This document shows positions 51,579 through 60,419 of a DNA stretch of 64,000 nt, piece after piece. Location: contig OY730476.1 of the NCBI GenBank assembly GCA_963422735.1, forward strand, positions 512,001 through 576,000. Direction: 5' to 3'. Position numbers and translations under genes: made by a program. The notes below the pieces were generated by a model. It was given only the letters and a program-made list of their open reading frames with translations, was not told where the DNA came from and ran no database searches. Positions within the stretch are counted from its first letter, which is position 1, and each line of letters starts with the position of its first letter. Origin of the DNA: Candidatus Latescibacterota bacterium. GTDB lineage: Bacteria; Latescibacterota; UBA2968; UBA8231.

Positions 51579-53779
51579 ACGCATTCCAGCCGCGCGCGGG
51601 ACAGCGCGAGATCTTGGCCTATCAAAGCGGCCTGCTCGGCGTATCAGCTGTACCCGGTAGCGGCAAGACCGCCGCGATTGTCGCCTTGGCGACTCGGCTG
51701 ATCGCCGAAAGGCGCGCCGAGGGAGGACAGGTGCTGATTGTGACCTATCAAAATGCGGCCGTGGACCACGTCCGCGCCCGGATCGGCCAGCGCTTGCAAG
51801 AAATGGACATGCTCCAGGTCGGCTACGACGTGCGGACCTTGCACAGCTTGGCCTACGGCATCGTCCAAGCCAATCCCGGGCTGGTGGGGGCAGCAGCCGA
51901 ATTTATGGTCCTCGACGAGCGCGCCAGCGAGGGCTTGCTCGACAAGGCAGTGCGGACCTGGAACGACGACAACAAGGGGGTATGGGGCCGGTTAGGGCCT
52001 GGGGAATACGTGGATCAGCAGTGGGAGCAGGAGTGGCGCGATATTGCGAGAAAAGTCGCCCGCACGGTCATCACTACGGCCAAGAACCGCCGGCTGCGGG
52101 CCGAGGACCTCTTAGCGCGGATCGGCAGCCGGGAAGACGGCGACCCGTTTTTGCGGATCGGCGCGGAAATCTATCGGCTCTACCAGCAGCAAGTCGAAAC
52201 CATCGGCGGCCTCGACTTCGACGACTTAGTGTGGATGGCCGTAGAGCTGTTGCAGCAATACCAGGATTTGTGCGGTCGCTATCGACGGCGTTGGCCCTTC
52301 GTCTTAGAAGACGAAGCGCAAGACAGCGTCCCCTTGCAGGAGGAACTGATCGCGCTATTGGTGGGGCCGGGCGGCAATTGGATCCGGGTCGGCGATCCCA
52401 ATCAGGCGATTATGAGCACCTTCACCGCAGCCGATCCAGGCTATTTGCGCCGCTTCTTGGATCGCGAAGACGTCGCGGTCGAGGAGATGACGATCTCCGG
52501 CCGCTGCGCTCCCAAGATCATGGACTTGGCCAATTTTTTGGTCGAGTGGGCCGCGGTCGAACATCCACTGGCCGAGGTGCGCCAGCGCGCTTTCCGGCCC
52601 CAGCAGATGCAGCCCACCGACCGCGGCGATCCCCAGCAAAACCCCGCGGACGCAGACAGCGCCATAGGGTTCCGCGAATACAACAACCGCCACGATGAAT
52701 TTGACAGCATTACACGCCGGGCCAAAGGCTTTGCCGAGCGCAATCCGGACCTGACAGTGGCGGTGCTGGTGCCGACCAATCGCATCGGCTACGATATGGC
52801 CGAGCGCTTGCGCCAAGCCGGAGCGGACTTCGACGAAGTGCTGCAAAGCCCGCGCTCGGCGCGGCGGGTGGGTGAGGCCCTATGCGCGGTGTTAGGTTTT
52901 CTCGCCGAGCCTTTGCAGCGCAATCAGTTGGAGCGGGCCTACCGCGCCTTGGTCGGCTTTTGGCCCGGGCCGGGTGGTCCGGGGAACGAGGAGGCCGTGG
53001 CCATGCTGCTGCGCAGTTGCTATCGGCCCGAAGCACTGCTCTACCCGGAGGCCGGCCAGCGCATAGAAGCGGCCCTGCCTCCGCTGAAGCACATCGAGCC
53101 GCAGGATTTGGAGGCCATTGACCTGCTGTGTGGCTATCTGCGGCGCTGGCTGCGGGCGGTTGCGCTGCCGGTAGATCAACTCCTGATGACGGTCGCCCAA
53201 GATTTGCTAGTAGAGGAAGGGGATATGGCGCGGGCGCAGCAACTTGCGGTCTATGTGCGCACCCGCGCCGACCAAAACAGAGGCTGGCAATTGCCCGAGT
53301 TGGTGCGCGAGCTAAGCGAAGCCATGCAGGGACGAGCGGGGGTGCTTGCTCAAGAAGAGGACGTATTGGCACCTCGGTCTGGGCGGATTTTTTTGACGAC
53401 TATGCACAAGGCCAAAGGGATGGAGTGGGATATAGTCTATGTCATGGGAGTCGATGGCGATTGGTTTCCCCACGATCTCGACGCTCGATTTTTGGGCGAA
53501 TACGAGTTTTTAGGCGGCGATCCCTGCGAGGATGCGCGGGCTGAGTTGTTGGACCTGATCGGCGAAATCGGGTCGAGCCGGCTGTCGGCCACCGATCGCT
53601 CCCACGCGGAAGTGATCGCCGAGCGGCTGCGGCTGCTCTACGTGGCCATCACCCGCGCGCGGCGCTATTTGGTCCTGAACTGGAGTCGCCAGATTCCGCG
53701 CGCCACGCGGACGCAGGCCGTGCCCATGGCCGAAGTGTTCCGCCAGTTGCAACTCTATTGCGAGCAACAGAGCCGCTGA
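51575..53779 (+). CDS. SF1A ATP-dependent DNA helicase (UvrD/AddA/AdnB-like) without a nuclease domain
   Basis: AVPGSGKT, RTLHSLA, LDFDDL, DEAQD, VGDPNQAI, TMHKAKGMEWD and ERLRLLYVAITRARR motifs. Confidence 0.93.
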   Translation: MNAFQPRAGQREILAYQSGLLGVSAVPGSGKTAAIVALATRLIAERRAEGGQVLIVTYQNAAVDHVRARIGQRLQEMDMLQVGYDVRTLHSLAYGIVQANPGLVGAAAEFMVLDERASEGLLDKAVRTWNDDNKGVWGRLGPGEYVDQQWEQEWRDIARKVARTVITTAKNRRLRAEDLLARIGSREDGDPFLRIGAEIYRLYQQQVETIGGLDFDDLVWMAVELLQQYQDLCGRYRRRWPFVLEDEAQDSVPLQEELIALLVGPGGNWIRVGDPNQAIMSTFTAADPGYLRRFLDREDVAVEEMTISGRCAPKIMDLANFLVEWAAVEHPLAEVRQRAFRPQQMQPTDRGDPQQNPADADSAIGFREYNNRHDEFDSITRRAKGFAERNPDLTVAVLVPTNRIGYDMAERLRQAGADFDEVLQSPRSARRVGEALCAVLGFLAEPLQRNQLERAYRALVGFWPGPGGPGNEEAVAMLLRSCYRPEALLYPEAGQRIEAALPPLKHIEPQDLEAIDLLCGYLRRWLRAVALPVDQLLMTVAQDLLVEEGDMARAQQLAVYVRTRADQNRGWQLPELVRELSEAMQGRAGVLAQEEDVLAPRSGRIFLTTMHKAKGMEWDIVYVMGVDGDWFPHDLDARFLGEYEFLGGDPCEDARAELLDLIGEIGSSRLSATDRSHAEVIAERLRLLYVAITRARRYLVLNWSRQIPRATRTQAVPMAEVFRQLQLYCEQQSR

Positions 53780-53899
53780 TATTGAGCCAACTCATCGCTA
53801 TTTGAAAGGGCATAGACAAAGAGGTTTATCCTGTCTCCAGCCTGATGGCTTTTGCTTTGGCCTCGCAGGTTTGCGTTCAGCAAATTTGTTCGTCTATAC

Positions 53900-54300
53900 G
53901 ATGGACGAGATTGCCAGAATGGCCAAGGAACCTAGGATGGGTACGGACGAGAGCGTCCCTGCCAAAAAGGATGCTCCGGCCACTGAGGTTGAAATTGGAA
54001 CTCTGTTCGGGAGTACCCGTTCCGAAAGTTTCACTACATTCAGATGATAGGGGCCTTCTTCGGCGGAGGGATTGGACCTATTTCCTCTCTTCCGGCGTTT
54101 TACGTTTCGTGGTTTCCGAGTGAGCGAGTGGCCATTGGCCCAGAAGTCACCTTTGGGAGGTTTACAGATTACAGATGATAGTTTCACTTCTCTATTGCTG
54201 GGATGTTGGGCTACATTTTTTCTCAGATCCTCATCTATTCTTCGCCTAATAACTTCTCGCTCGTTTTCGGACTTGGCACCCGACTTGGTGGAGCGGGTAA
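53900..54300 (+). pseudogene. Eroded outer-membrane beta-barrel-like gene
   Basis: Pieces ATEVEIGTLFG / PAFYVSWFPSERVAIGPEVTFGR / FSLVFGLGTRL in shifting frames with stops; lower GC. Confidence 0.4.
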
Positions 54301-54311
54301 AGGAGGACAAA

Positions 54312-54926
54312 ATGGACAAAGTTTTTATTTATTGGGACGACTCCAACATTTTCATCAGTGCTCAGCAAGTAGCTATTGACCTAGAAGGCGAAGCTGTGCG
54401 CTCGCGAATGCGCATTCACTTTCGGAATTTGTTGGAATTAGCCCGTGCTGGGCGAGAAATCGAGCACGCAGTCGCCGTTGGCTCCATTCCACCAGAATTG
54501 CGACACGTGTGGAATCGCTTGGAGAACGAAGGCGTCACGGTCCATTTACTGGAACGCGGTGCCATGCAGGGGCGGGAACAGGGAGTGGACCAAGTTTTGC
54601 AAACCGCGATGTTGCGCGACGGATTCGATTACAACGGAAATCCAGGTATTGCGGTTTTGCTCACCGGGGACGGGGCTGGCTTTGACGATGGCGTCGGCTT
54701 CCACGCGGACTTGGAGCGCATGCGAGGCCGCGGCTGGCGGATTGAAGTGGTGTCGTGGCGGCATAGCTGCAATCGCCGGATGCGGGAATGGGCCGAGGAG
54801 AACGGCCAATTTATCGCGTTGGATGATTTCTACGACAGCGTAACTTTTCTCGAACGGCCTGCTCCAAGCGAACCCATCGCGGCCCCGCGCTACGCTGTTC
54901 CGGTTGACCTTAACCGACGTCTATGA
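54312..54926 (+). CDS. NYN (PIN-like) domain ribonuclease
   Basis: FIYWDDSNIF, EQGVD, LLTGDG and IEVVSW motifs; strong RBS aaggagg. Confidence 0.88.
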   Translation: MDKVFIYWDDSNIFISAQQVAIDLEGEAVRSRMRIHFRNLLELARAGREIEHAVAVGSIPPELRHVWNRLENEGVTVHLLERGAMQGREQGVDQVLQTAMLRDGFDYNGNPGIAVLLTGDGAGFDDGVGFHADLERMRGRGWRIEVVSWRHSCNRRMREWAEENGQFIALDDFYDSVTFLERPAPSEPIAAPRYAVPVDLNRRL

Positions 54927-55726
54927 TACCCCGTGGATTCAAGTACAGCCAGAGCAGCCTGACGGCCTTTGAGCGCTGTCGGCGGCAGTTTCTGTTGCGC
55001 CATGTCGAGCGGTTGGCGTGGCCCGCGCCGCTGACCGACCAACTCGACGAGTGGGAGGCCGCAGCCGATCGAGGGCGGGCGTTCCACCAGTTCGCGTTGC
55101 AAGAGAGCTTGGGTATGGATGTGGAAGACGCGGTGCAGCGGAGCCGCGACCCGCTGTTGGCCGCTTGGTGGTGCAATTGGCGCGAGCAGCCGCCGGTTGT
55201 GCCCACGGGGGCGGTGTTCGGGGAAACCATGCTCTCCGTGCCCCTAGCCGGGCGGCGTCTCGTCGCCAAGTTCGACCGCGTGGTACTGGCCGACGAGGGC
55301 CGCGCTTGGATATTCGACTGGAAGACCGGCCGCAAAAAGCCAGAGCAAGCCGCCTATGCCCAAAGCTGGCAAACGCTAGTTTATCGCTTCGTCTTGGTCG
55401 AGGCCGGCGCGGTCTTGAACGAGGGCCGCGCACTCGCGCCCGACGATGTGGTGCTAGTCTATTGGCACGCGCAGTACCCGCAGGCCCTGCAGCCGATTGC
55501 CTATTCGGCCGCCGAGCACGAGCGGGCGGGTGCGCTTTTGTCAGAGGCGATCGCCGCTATTGAGTCCCTCCCAGATGCGGATGCGTACGCCAAGACCGAC
55601 GACGAGGGCGAGTGCCAGCGCTGCGAATTTCACACTTATTGCAACCGGCCGGCGACGCGGAGCGACGATTGGGATATCGACGAGGACGAGCTGGACTGGG
55701 AGCAGATCCCCGAAGCGGAGCTGTGA
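54923..55726 (+). CDS. Stand-alone PD-(D/E)XK nuclease (RecB/AddB/Cas4-like) with four-Cys Fe-S staple
   Basis: YSQSSL..FERC, GRAFH, E..AKFDRV..IFDWKTG, Q..VY and CQRCEFHTYC; acidic tail. Confidence 0.88.
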   Translation: MIPRGFKYSQSSLTAFERCRRQFLLRHVERLAWPAPLTDQLDEWEAAADRGRAFHQFALQESLGMDVEDAVQRSRDPLLAAWWCNWREQPPVVPTGAVFGETMLSVPLAGRRLVAKFDRVVLADEGRAWIFDWKTGRKKPEQAAYAQSWQTLVYRFVLVEAGAVLNEGRALAPDDVVLVYWHAQYPQALQPIAYSAAEHERAGALLSEAIAAIESLPDADAYAKTDDEGECQRCEFHTYCNRPATRSDDWDIDEDELDWEQIPEAEL

Positions 55727-55731
55727 GTCGG

Positions 55732-57213
55732 TCAGCCTTTGAGTGCGCCGAGCTGGATGCCGCGCACGAAGAATCGCTGGCCGAAGACAAAGAGCACGAT
55801 CATCGGCAGCATCATCAGGACGCTCCCCGTCATCAAAAGCGAGTAGTTGGTCCCCTGTGAGGAATCGAAGTAGCGCAGGGCCACTGGTAGGACCCGCATA
55901 TGTTCGGAGTGGGTGACGATCAGCGGCCAAGTGAAGGATTGCCAAGTGCCCATAAAGGAGAAGATCGAGAGGGTGATCAACGCGGGCTTGGACAGGGGCA
56001 TGACGATACTCCAGAAGGTCTTCGAGAGGTTGGCACCGTCGATTTCAGCGGCCTCTTCGAGGCCCTTGGGCAGCCCGGTCATAAACTGGCGCATCATAAA
56101 GGTGCCAAAAGCGGTGAACATGGCCGGGATGATGAGTGCTTGGAACGAGTCGAGCCAGCCGAGACTTTTGAGGAGCACGTAGTTGGGCAGCAAAGTGACG
56201 ATCCCGGGTACCATCAAGGTGGCCAAGTAGAGCAGGAAGACGGCGTCGCGGTAGCGCCATTCGAGGCGGGCAAAGGCAAAGCCAGCCATGGCCGAGGTCA
56301 CTACTTGGCCGACCATCACGCAGACGGCGACAAAGAGGCTGTTCCAGCCGTAGAGCGAGAACTTGATGTCTTTGTCGCGCAAGACCCGGATGTAGTTGGA
56401 CCACATGAAGCGCGGCTCGCTGATCTGCAATACGTCGCTGCCGTACGCAATGCGCAGTTGGTCCTCACCGGGGAAGCGGACGTAGAGGACGTCGCCCCCG
56501 GCTTTTTCCGTCAGCGGGTCGTCGTCGCTTCGGAGCAGGGGAAAGGCCGAGCGAAAGGGAATGGTGTTGCCCTCGGCGTCGAGAATCGGCTCTTTGGCGT
56601 GGATATCCAAAACCGGGTCCCCGACGCGATCCCAAGAAATGTCGCGGTAGGTATAAGCCTCGCCGTTGGTGCGCAACAGTGGGGTGTTGTCGGCAAGCTC
56701 GACCGAGGCTGGTGGTAGCTGCTCGGCCGTGCGCCAGCTCGCGCGCTGCTGCACGAGCCGCTGCTGCCACCTGTCGCGCAGGGCTTGGGTCAAAAGCAGG
56801 GGGGCACCATCGACGAGGACCGGGTTCCAGCGGTTTTTGTACACGGCGATGTCGTCGCGCTCTTCGACGTTTTTGCCGGGGATGGGCTGGCTGTCCGGGT
56901 CGTAGATCAGGCGGCCCTGCTGGTCGCGGATCGGGTCGCCGGGGGCACCGAGTATCACCGGGTTGCCGAGGGTGATGCGGATTGGCTCGCCTTGGGCGTC
57001 GAGCAGCGGTTGGCCGTCGCGGGTCCTCAATAGGTCGCCTTCGTTGCCGAGGCGCACCTCCTGGGGCCATACATGGCTCTGGAAGACCTCATTTTCGCTC
57101 TTGAGCGAGGTGAGCACCATCCACAAGAACGGCACGAGCGTGGTGAAGCCAAAGAGGATGAGCAGCCCGTGGCTCAGCGAGTGGATAGCGGTCGTGTGCG
57201 CGACTTTGGCCAT
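55732..57213 (-). CDS. Carbohydrate ABC permease (MalG-like) with large extracytoplasmic insertion
   Basis: PFLWMVLTSLK, SAMAGFAFARL and the EAA loop LEEAAEIDGA. Confidence 0.9.
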   Translation of the reverse strand: MAKVAHTTAIHSLSHGLLILFGFTTLVPFLWMVLTSLKSENEVFQSHVWPQEVRLGNEGDLLRTRDGQPLLDAQGEPIRITLGNPVILGAPGDPIRDQQGRLIYDPDSQPIPGKNVEERDDIAVYKNRWNPVLVDGAPLLLTQALRDRWQQRLVQQRASWRTAEQLPPASVELADNTPLLRTNGEAYTYRDISWDRVGDPVLDIHAKEPILDAEGNTIPFRSAFPLLRSDDDPLTEKAGGDVLYVRFPGEDQLRIAYGSDVLQISEPRFMWSNYIRVLRDKDIKFSLYGWNSLFVAVCVMVGQVVTSAMAGFAFARLEWRYRDAVFLLYLATLMVPGIVTLLPNYVLLKSLGWLDSFQALIIPAMFTAFGTFMMRQFMTGLPKGLEEAAEIDGANLSKTFWSIVMPLSKPALITLSIFSFMGTWQSFTWPLIVTHSEHMRVLPVALRYFDSSQGTNYSLLMTGSVLMMLPMIVLFVFGQRFFVRGIQLGALKG

Positions 57214-57225
57214 GCGCCTTTCCCC

Positions 57226-58383
57226 TCAGTTGACCGCGCCCCGACCGAAGCGCCAGTTGAGCAGCGTGATAGTAAATATGATGACGAACATAAACCAAGC
57301 CACGGCAGCCGCGTACCCGAATTCTAGGTTTTCAAAGGCCGAGCGGTAGATGTAGTAGCCGAGCGTGACCGTGTTGTCCCCGTCCTTGCCCGGGCCGCCA
57401 TTGGTCATCAAATAGGCGATCTCAAACCCCCCTTGCAGCCCGCCGATTATAGACATGACGCATATAAAGAAGGTCGTCGGGGCGATCATCGGCCAAGTGA
57501 TATGCCAAAATTGCTGCCACTTAGAGGCCCCGTCGATGTCCGAGGCTTCGTACAGCTCCTCGGGCACATTGGCCAAGGCCGCGAGGTAGAGGATCATGTT
57601 GCCCCCGCCCATAGAAGCCCAGATACCCATGAAGATGATGGCTGTCTTGGCCCAATAGGCGGCTTGCTCTAGGCCGAGCCAAGACAGCCAGCCCAAATCG
57701 ACGCTGCTGGAAAGCCAATTGGGCAAGTCGTCGATGCTGTCGAGGCCGGACAGGAGGGCCATGCGCCCTGACAGCCAAGCCGAGGGGCCGCCGTACTCGT
57801 ATAGGCCGCTAGCGATCCAGTAGAGCGCGGCGGCAGAGAGGAGCGCTAACAGGACTTGGGCCGACCGCTCGGACGCGGCCTTGCGCGCGAGGGATTGCAG
57901 TACTAGGCCTACTAGCATGAGAATCGCGACGCGCACGGCAAGCGAGAAGTGGGGCCACGAGAGCAGGGGCAGCAGGATTGAGTTGACGAGGCCGTATTTG
58001 GGGTTGTAGAGCCACTTCCAGAGCAAGAACAGCGCGACTCCGTTGGTGACGGTGGGGAGGTAGAAGACCGTGCGATAGACGATGATGCCGCGCAGCTTTT
58101 GCGAGAGGACGATGGCCAACAGGAGCGAGCCACCGATGGAAAGGGGCAGACCCAGCATGAGAAAGACCGTGTTGTACAGATAAAACCAGAGCTTGGGGTC
58201 AGTCAGCAGCCGAATGAAGTTGTCGAAGCCAATGAAGCGGGGCGAGGAGAACGTGTCCCACTGAAAAAACGCGAGGCCAAAGGAAAAGAGCACCGGCAGG
58301 GATGTGAAGATCAAGAATCCGGTCAGATTCGGCGCGAGAAAAATCAGCGCCCAGCGCAGAATTCTCTTCTCGCGGGGATTCAA
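57226..58383 (-). CDS. Carbohydrate ABC permease (MalF-like) with extra TM insert
   Basis: FIGFDNF, YRTVFYLP, LYEASDIDGA and GYAAAVAW motifs. Confidence 0.9.
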   Translation of the reverse strand: MNPREKRILRWALIFLAPNLTGFLIFTSLPVLFSFGLAFFQWDTFSSPRFIGFDNFIRLLTDPKLWFYLYNTVFLMLGLPLSIGGSLLLAIVLSQKLRGIIVYRTVFYLPTVTNGVALFLLWKWLYNPKYGLVNSILLPLLSWPHFSLAVRVAILMLVGLVLQSLARKAASERSAQVLLALLSAAALYWIASGLYEYGGPSAWLSGRMALLSGLDSIDDLPNWLSSSVDLGWLSWLGLEQAAYWAKTAIIFMGIWASMGGGNMILYLAALANVPEELYEASDIDGASKWQQFWHITWPMIAPTTFFICVMSIIGGLQGGFEIAYLMTNGGPGKDGDNTVTLGYYIYRSAFENLEFGYAAAVAWFMFVIIFTITLLNWRFGRGAVN

Positions 58384-60089
58384 GCGTCCATCTCCTCGCG
58401 TTGCCGCCGAACGTAGAACGTCAAGCCGACGCCGATCGCCAACAGAAGAGCCGCGATCCCGAAGAGGTCGAGCGCGTGGCTGCGGCTGGAGAGCGTGCGG
58501 TTGCGCTTGGCTTGGGCCAAGGATTCGCGCATGCGGTCGGACATTTCGGCAACCGCCGCATGGCCGACCGTGGGGTTGCCCACCGCATTCTGGTCGGGCA
58601 TGCGGCCGAGAAATCGGTAGGTCTGGCGGGCTGTTGAGTCGGCGGGCTGGTACGCCGCGTTGATGAGGTTGGTGCTCAGTGCGCCCTGCAAGCGGGTGAT
58701 GTTAAAGGCGGCCCCGTAGGCCGCGGCCTGCTCTGCGACCGTGTACTCCATGGCGTCGAGCAAGGCCGAGCGATGTTGGTCCTCCTCGGGGAACTCGGGG
58801 TCGGGCTGAGAGAAATAGCGCACCGAGAACTGCTTGCGACTGCCGAAGGCATCTGCGTCCTTGGTCAACAAGTTATTGAAATCCGGACTAGACAAGTATT
58901 CCAGAAAGTAAAAGGCCTCCCGCTCGTGCTGGGTGCCCTTGCGGATGGCCGTCACCCGCCCGCCCATCTCGGCGGCTTTACCTCGGTGGCGGCCAGTCTC
59001 GCTGATCTCGCCCCAAAGGCCGTCGCGCAGGCTCGGGTTGGCGCGTATCTCAGGGTCGCTCATCCAGCGCTCCCACTCCTCGTAGGGCACGTAGCGGGGC
59101 ATGGGGTAAATCTCGGTGGTAAAGCGGGCTTCGCGGCGCACCTTGATCAGCCCCCAGCGGCCGATGAGGATGGTGCCCAGTTTGCCCGCCGCGTACAGCC
59201 CCAGTATAGATTGACCTCCCCAACCGCCTCCACCTGTTTGCGCGGACTGGTCTTCGGCCGAGGGCATAACGTGGAAGGTGTTGACGAGATCGTACTGATA
59301 TTGAGCGGCCGCGGCACCGGCTGGGGAATCGAGGGTGATCTCAGTGCCGTCGTCGTTGAGAAGGCTGCCTCCGGCTTGGTAGATGAAGTTGTTCAACCCC
59401 CCGCCAAAGCCCGGTCCGCCCGAGCCAAAGGTCTCGTAGCGCCGGCCATCGGCGCTCTTTTTGGTGAGGGCCTGACACAAGAGGACATAGTCCCACCAAG
59501 TCCAGTGGTTCCACGGCAAAGAGGGCATGGCTAATTTCTGTGCTTGACGCTCGCGTGCGACCGCGTCGTAGAGCGAGCGGTTGAGAAAGGTGACGCTGGC
59601 GGTGATGTTGTTGGGGACAGCGTAGATGCGAAAGCGCTCGTATTCGTCGGCCTCGGCTGGCGTACCGGGCACAGGCACGGCGAGGGCGTTGCGCCGGTGC
59701 AGCCAGAAGTCATCGAGGCTCAGCTTGGCCTCGCGCATGTAGTCGTTCAACTCGACCATGACGCCCTTGGAAGCGTAGAGCGCAAAGGTCGCATAGCTGT
59801 AGATGTCGAAGACATCCGGCCCGGAGCCGGCCGCCGCTTGGGTAAGAATCTTTTGCACATCCGCACTCGGGTCGAGGATGACGCGCACTTTCTTGTCTTC
59901 GTAGAGCCGGTTGAAGAGGGCCATTTGTTCGGTGCGCGCCGGATTGGGGTCGGAGGCCCAGCGAATGACGGTGTACTCGCCGCCCGCGGACGGGTTGTCT
60001 GGATAGACGGATAAGACCCAGCGGTTGAGGGCGTACCAACCGGCCAAGATTAGGGCGAGGACGGCGATGGTCGTAGATAGATCGCGCAA
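58380..60089 (-). CDS. Sugar ABC substrate-binding protein with N- and C-terminal membrane anchors
   Basis: RWASDPNPAR, AAGSGPDVF, FLNRSLYD, WTWWDY and EAFYFLEYL; hydrophobic segments at both ends. Confidence 0.8.
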   Translation of the reverse strand: MRDLSTTIAVLALILAGWYALNRWVLSVYPDNPSAGGEYTVIRWASDPNPARTEQMALFNRLYEDKKVRVILDPSADVQKILTQAAAGSGPDVFDIYSYATFALYASKGVMVELNDYMREAKLSLDDFWLHRRNALAVPVPGTPAEADEYERFRIYAVPNNITASVTFLNRSLYDAVARERQAQKLAMPSLPWNHWTWWDYVLLCQALTKKSADGRRYETFGSGGPGFGGGLNNFIYQAGGSLLNDDGTEITLDSPAGAAAAQYQYDLVNTFHVMPSAEDQSAQTGGGGWGGQSILGLYAAGKLGTILIGRWGLIKVRREARFTTEIYPMPRYVPYEEWERWMSDPEIRANPSLRDGLWGEISETGRHRGKAAEMGGRVTAIRKGTQHEREAFYFLEYLSSPDFNNLLTKDADAFGSRKQFSVRYFSQPDPEFPEEDQHRSALLDAMEYTVAEQAAAYGAAFNITRLQGALSTNLINAAYQPADSTARQTYRFLGRMPDQNAVGNPTVGHAAVAEMSDRMRESLAQAKRNRTLSSRSHALDLFGIAALLLAIGVGLTFYVRRQREEMDA

Positions 60090-60125
60090 GGAAAACCCGT
60101 GTGAGGATGCGAGGCGTAAAGGCCA

Positions 60126-60153
60126 AGTGTAAAAAAAAATGCGGGATTGTCAA
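60126..60153 (-). promoter_or_regulatory. Putative sigma70 promoter of the ABC operon, with a T9 tract
   Basis: Minus strand TTGACA-atcccgcatttttttt-TACACT (16-nt spacer). Confidence 0.55.
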
Positions 60154-60189
60154 TGCAGGTGGGGTGGGAGCGAAAGCAATAACTATTTA

Positions 60190-60357
60190 TAAAAATAATT
60201 ATCGGTAATAAGTAAAATGCCTTGACAGCCATGCGGATGCCCCATAAATTGAACCCTTCATTTCTGCAAATAATCTTTGCCAAAAGAGGCTTTGCACCAT
60301 TTACTCTGAGGTACTCGGCTCACCTGAAACTCCATAGATTACCGATAATTATTTTTA
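60190..60357. repeat. Perfect 20-bp inverted repeat pair (60190..60209 and 60338..60357)
   Basis: taaaaataattatcggtaat ... attaccgataattattttta. Confidence 0.9.
60222..60250 (+). promoter_or_regulatory. Putative sigma70 promoter between the inverted repeats
   Basis: TTGACA-N17-TAAATT. Confidence 0.6.
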
Positions 60358-60419
60358 CCGCCGAGTTTCAGTGGCCATTTATCTAATCCGTTCCATCTCA
60401 CCCATTGGAGGTTTTCCTA

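Noticed and set aside
54923-55726. Cas4 / CRISPR-Cas locus
   Set aside because: The nuclease is Cas4-like, but I found no cas1/cas2 or repeat-spacer array in the window, and its context is a helicase operon
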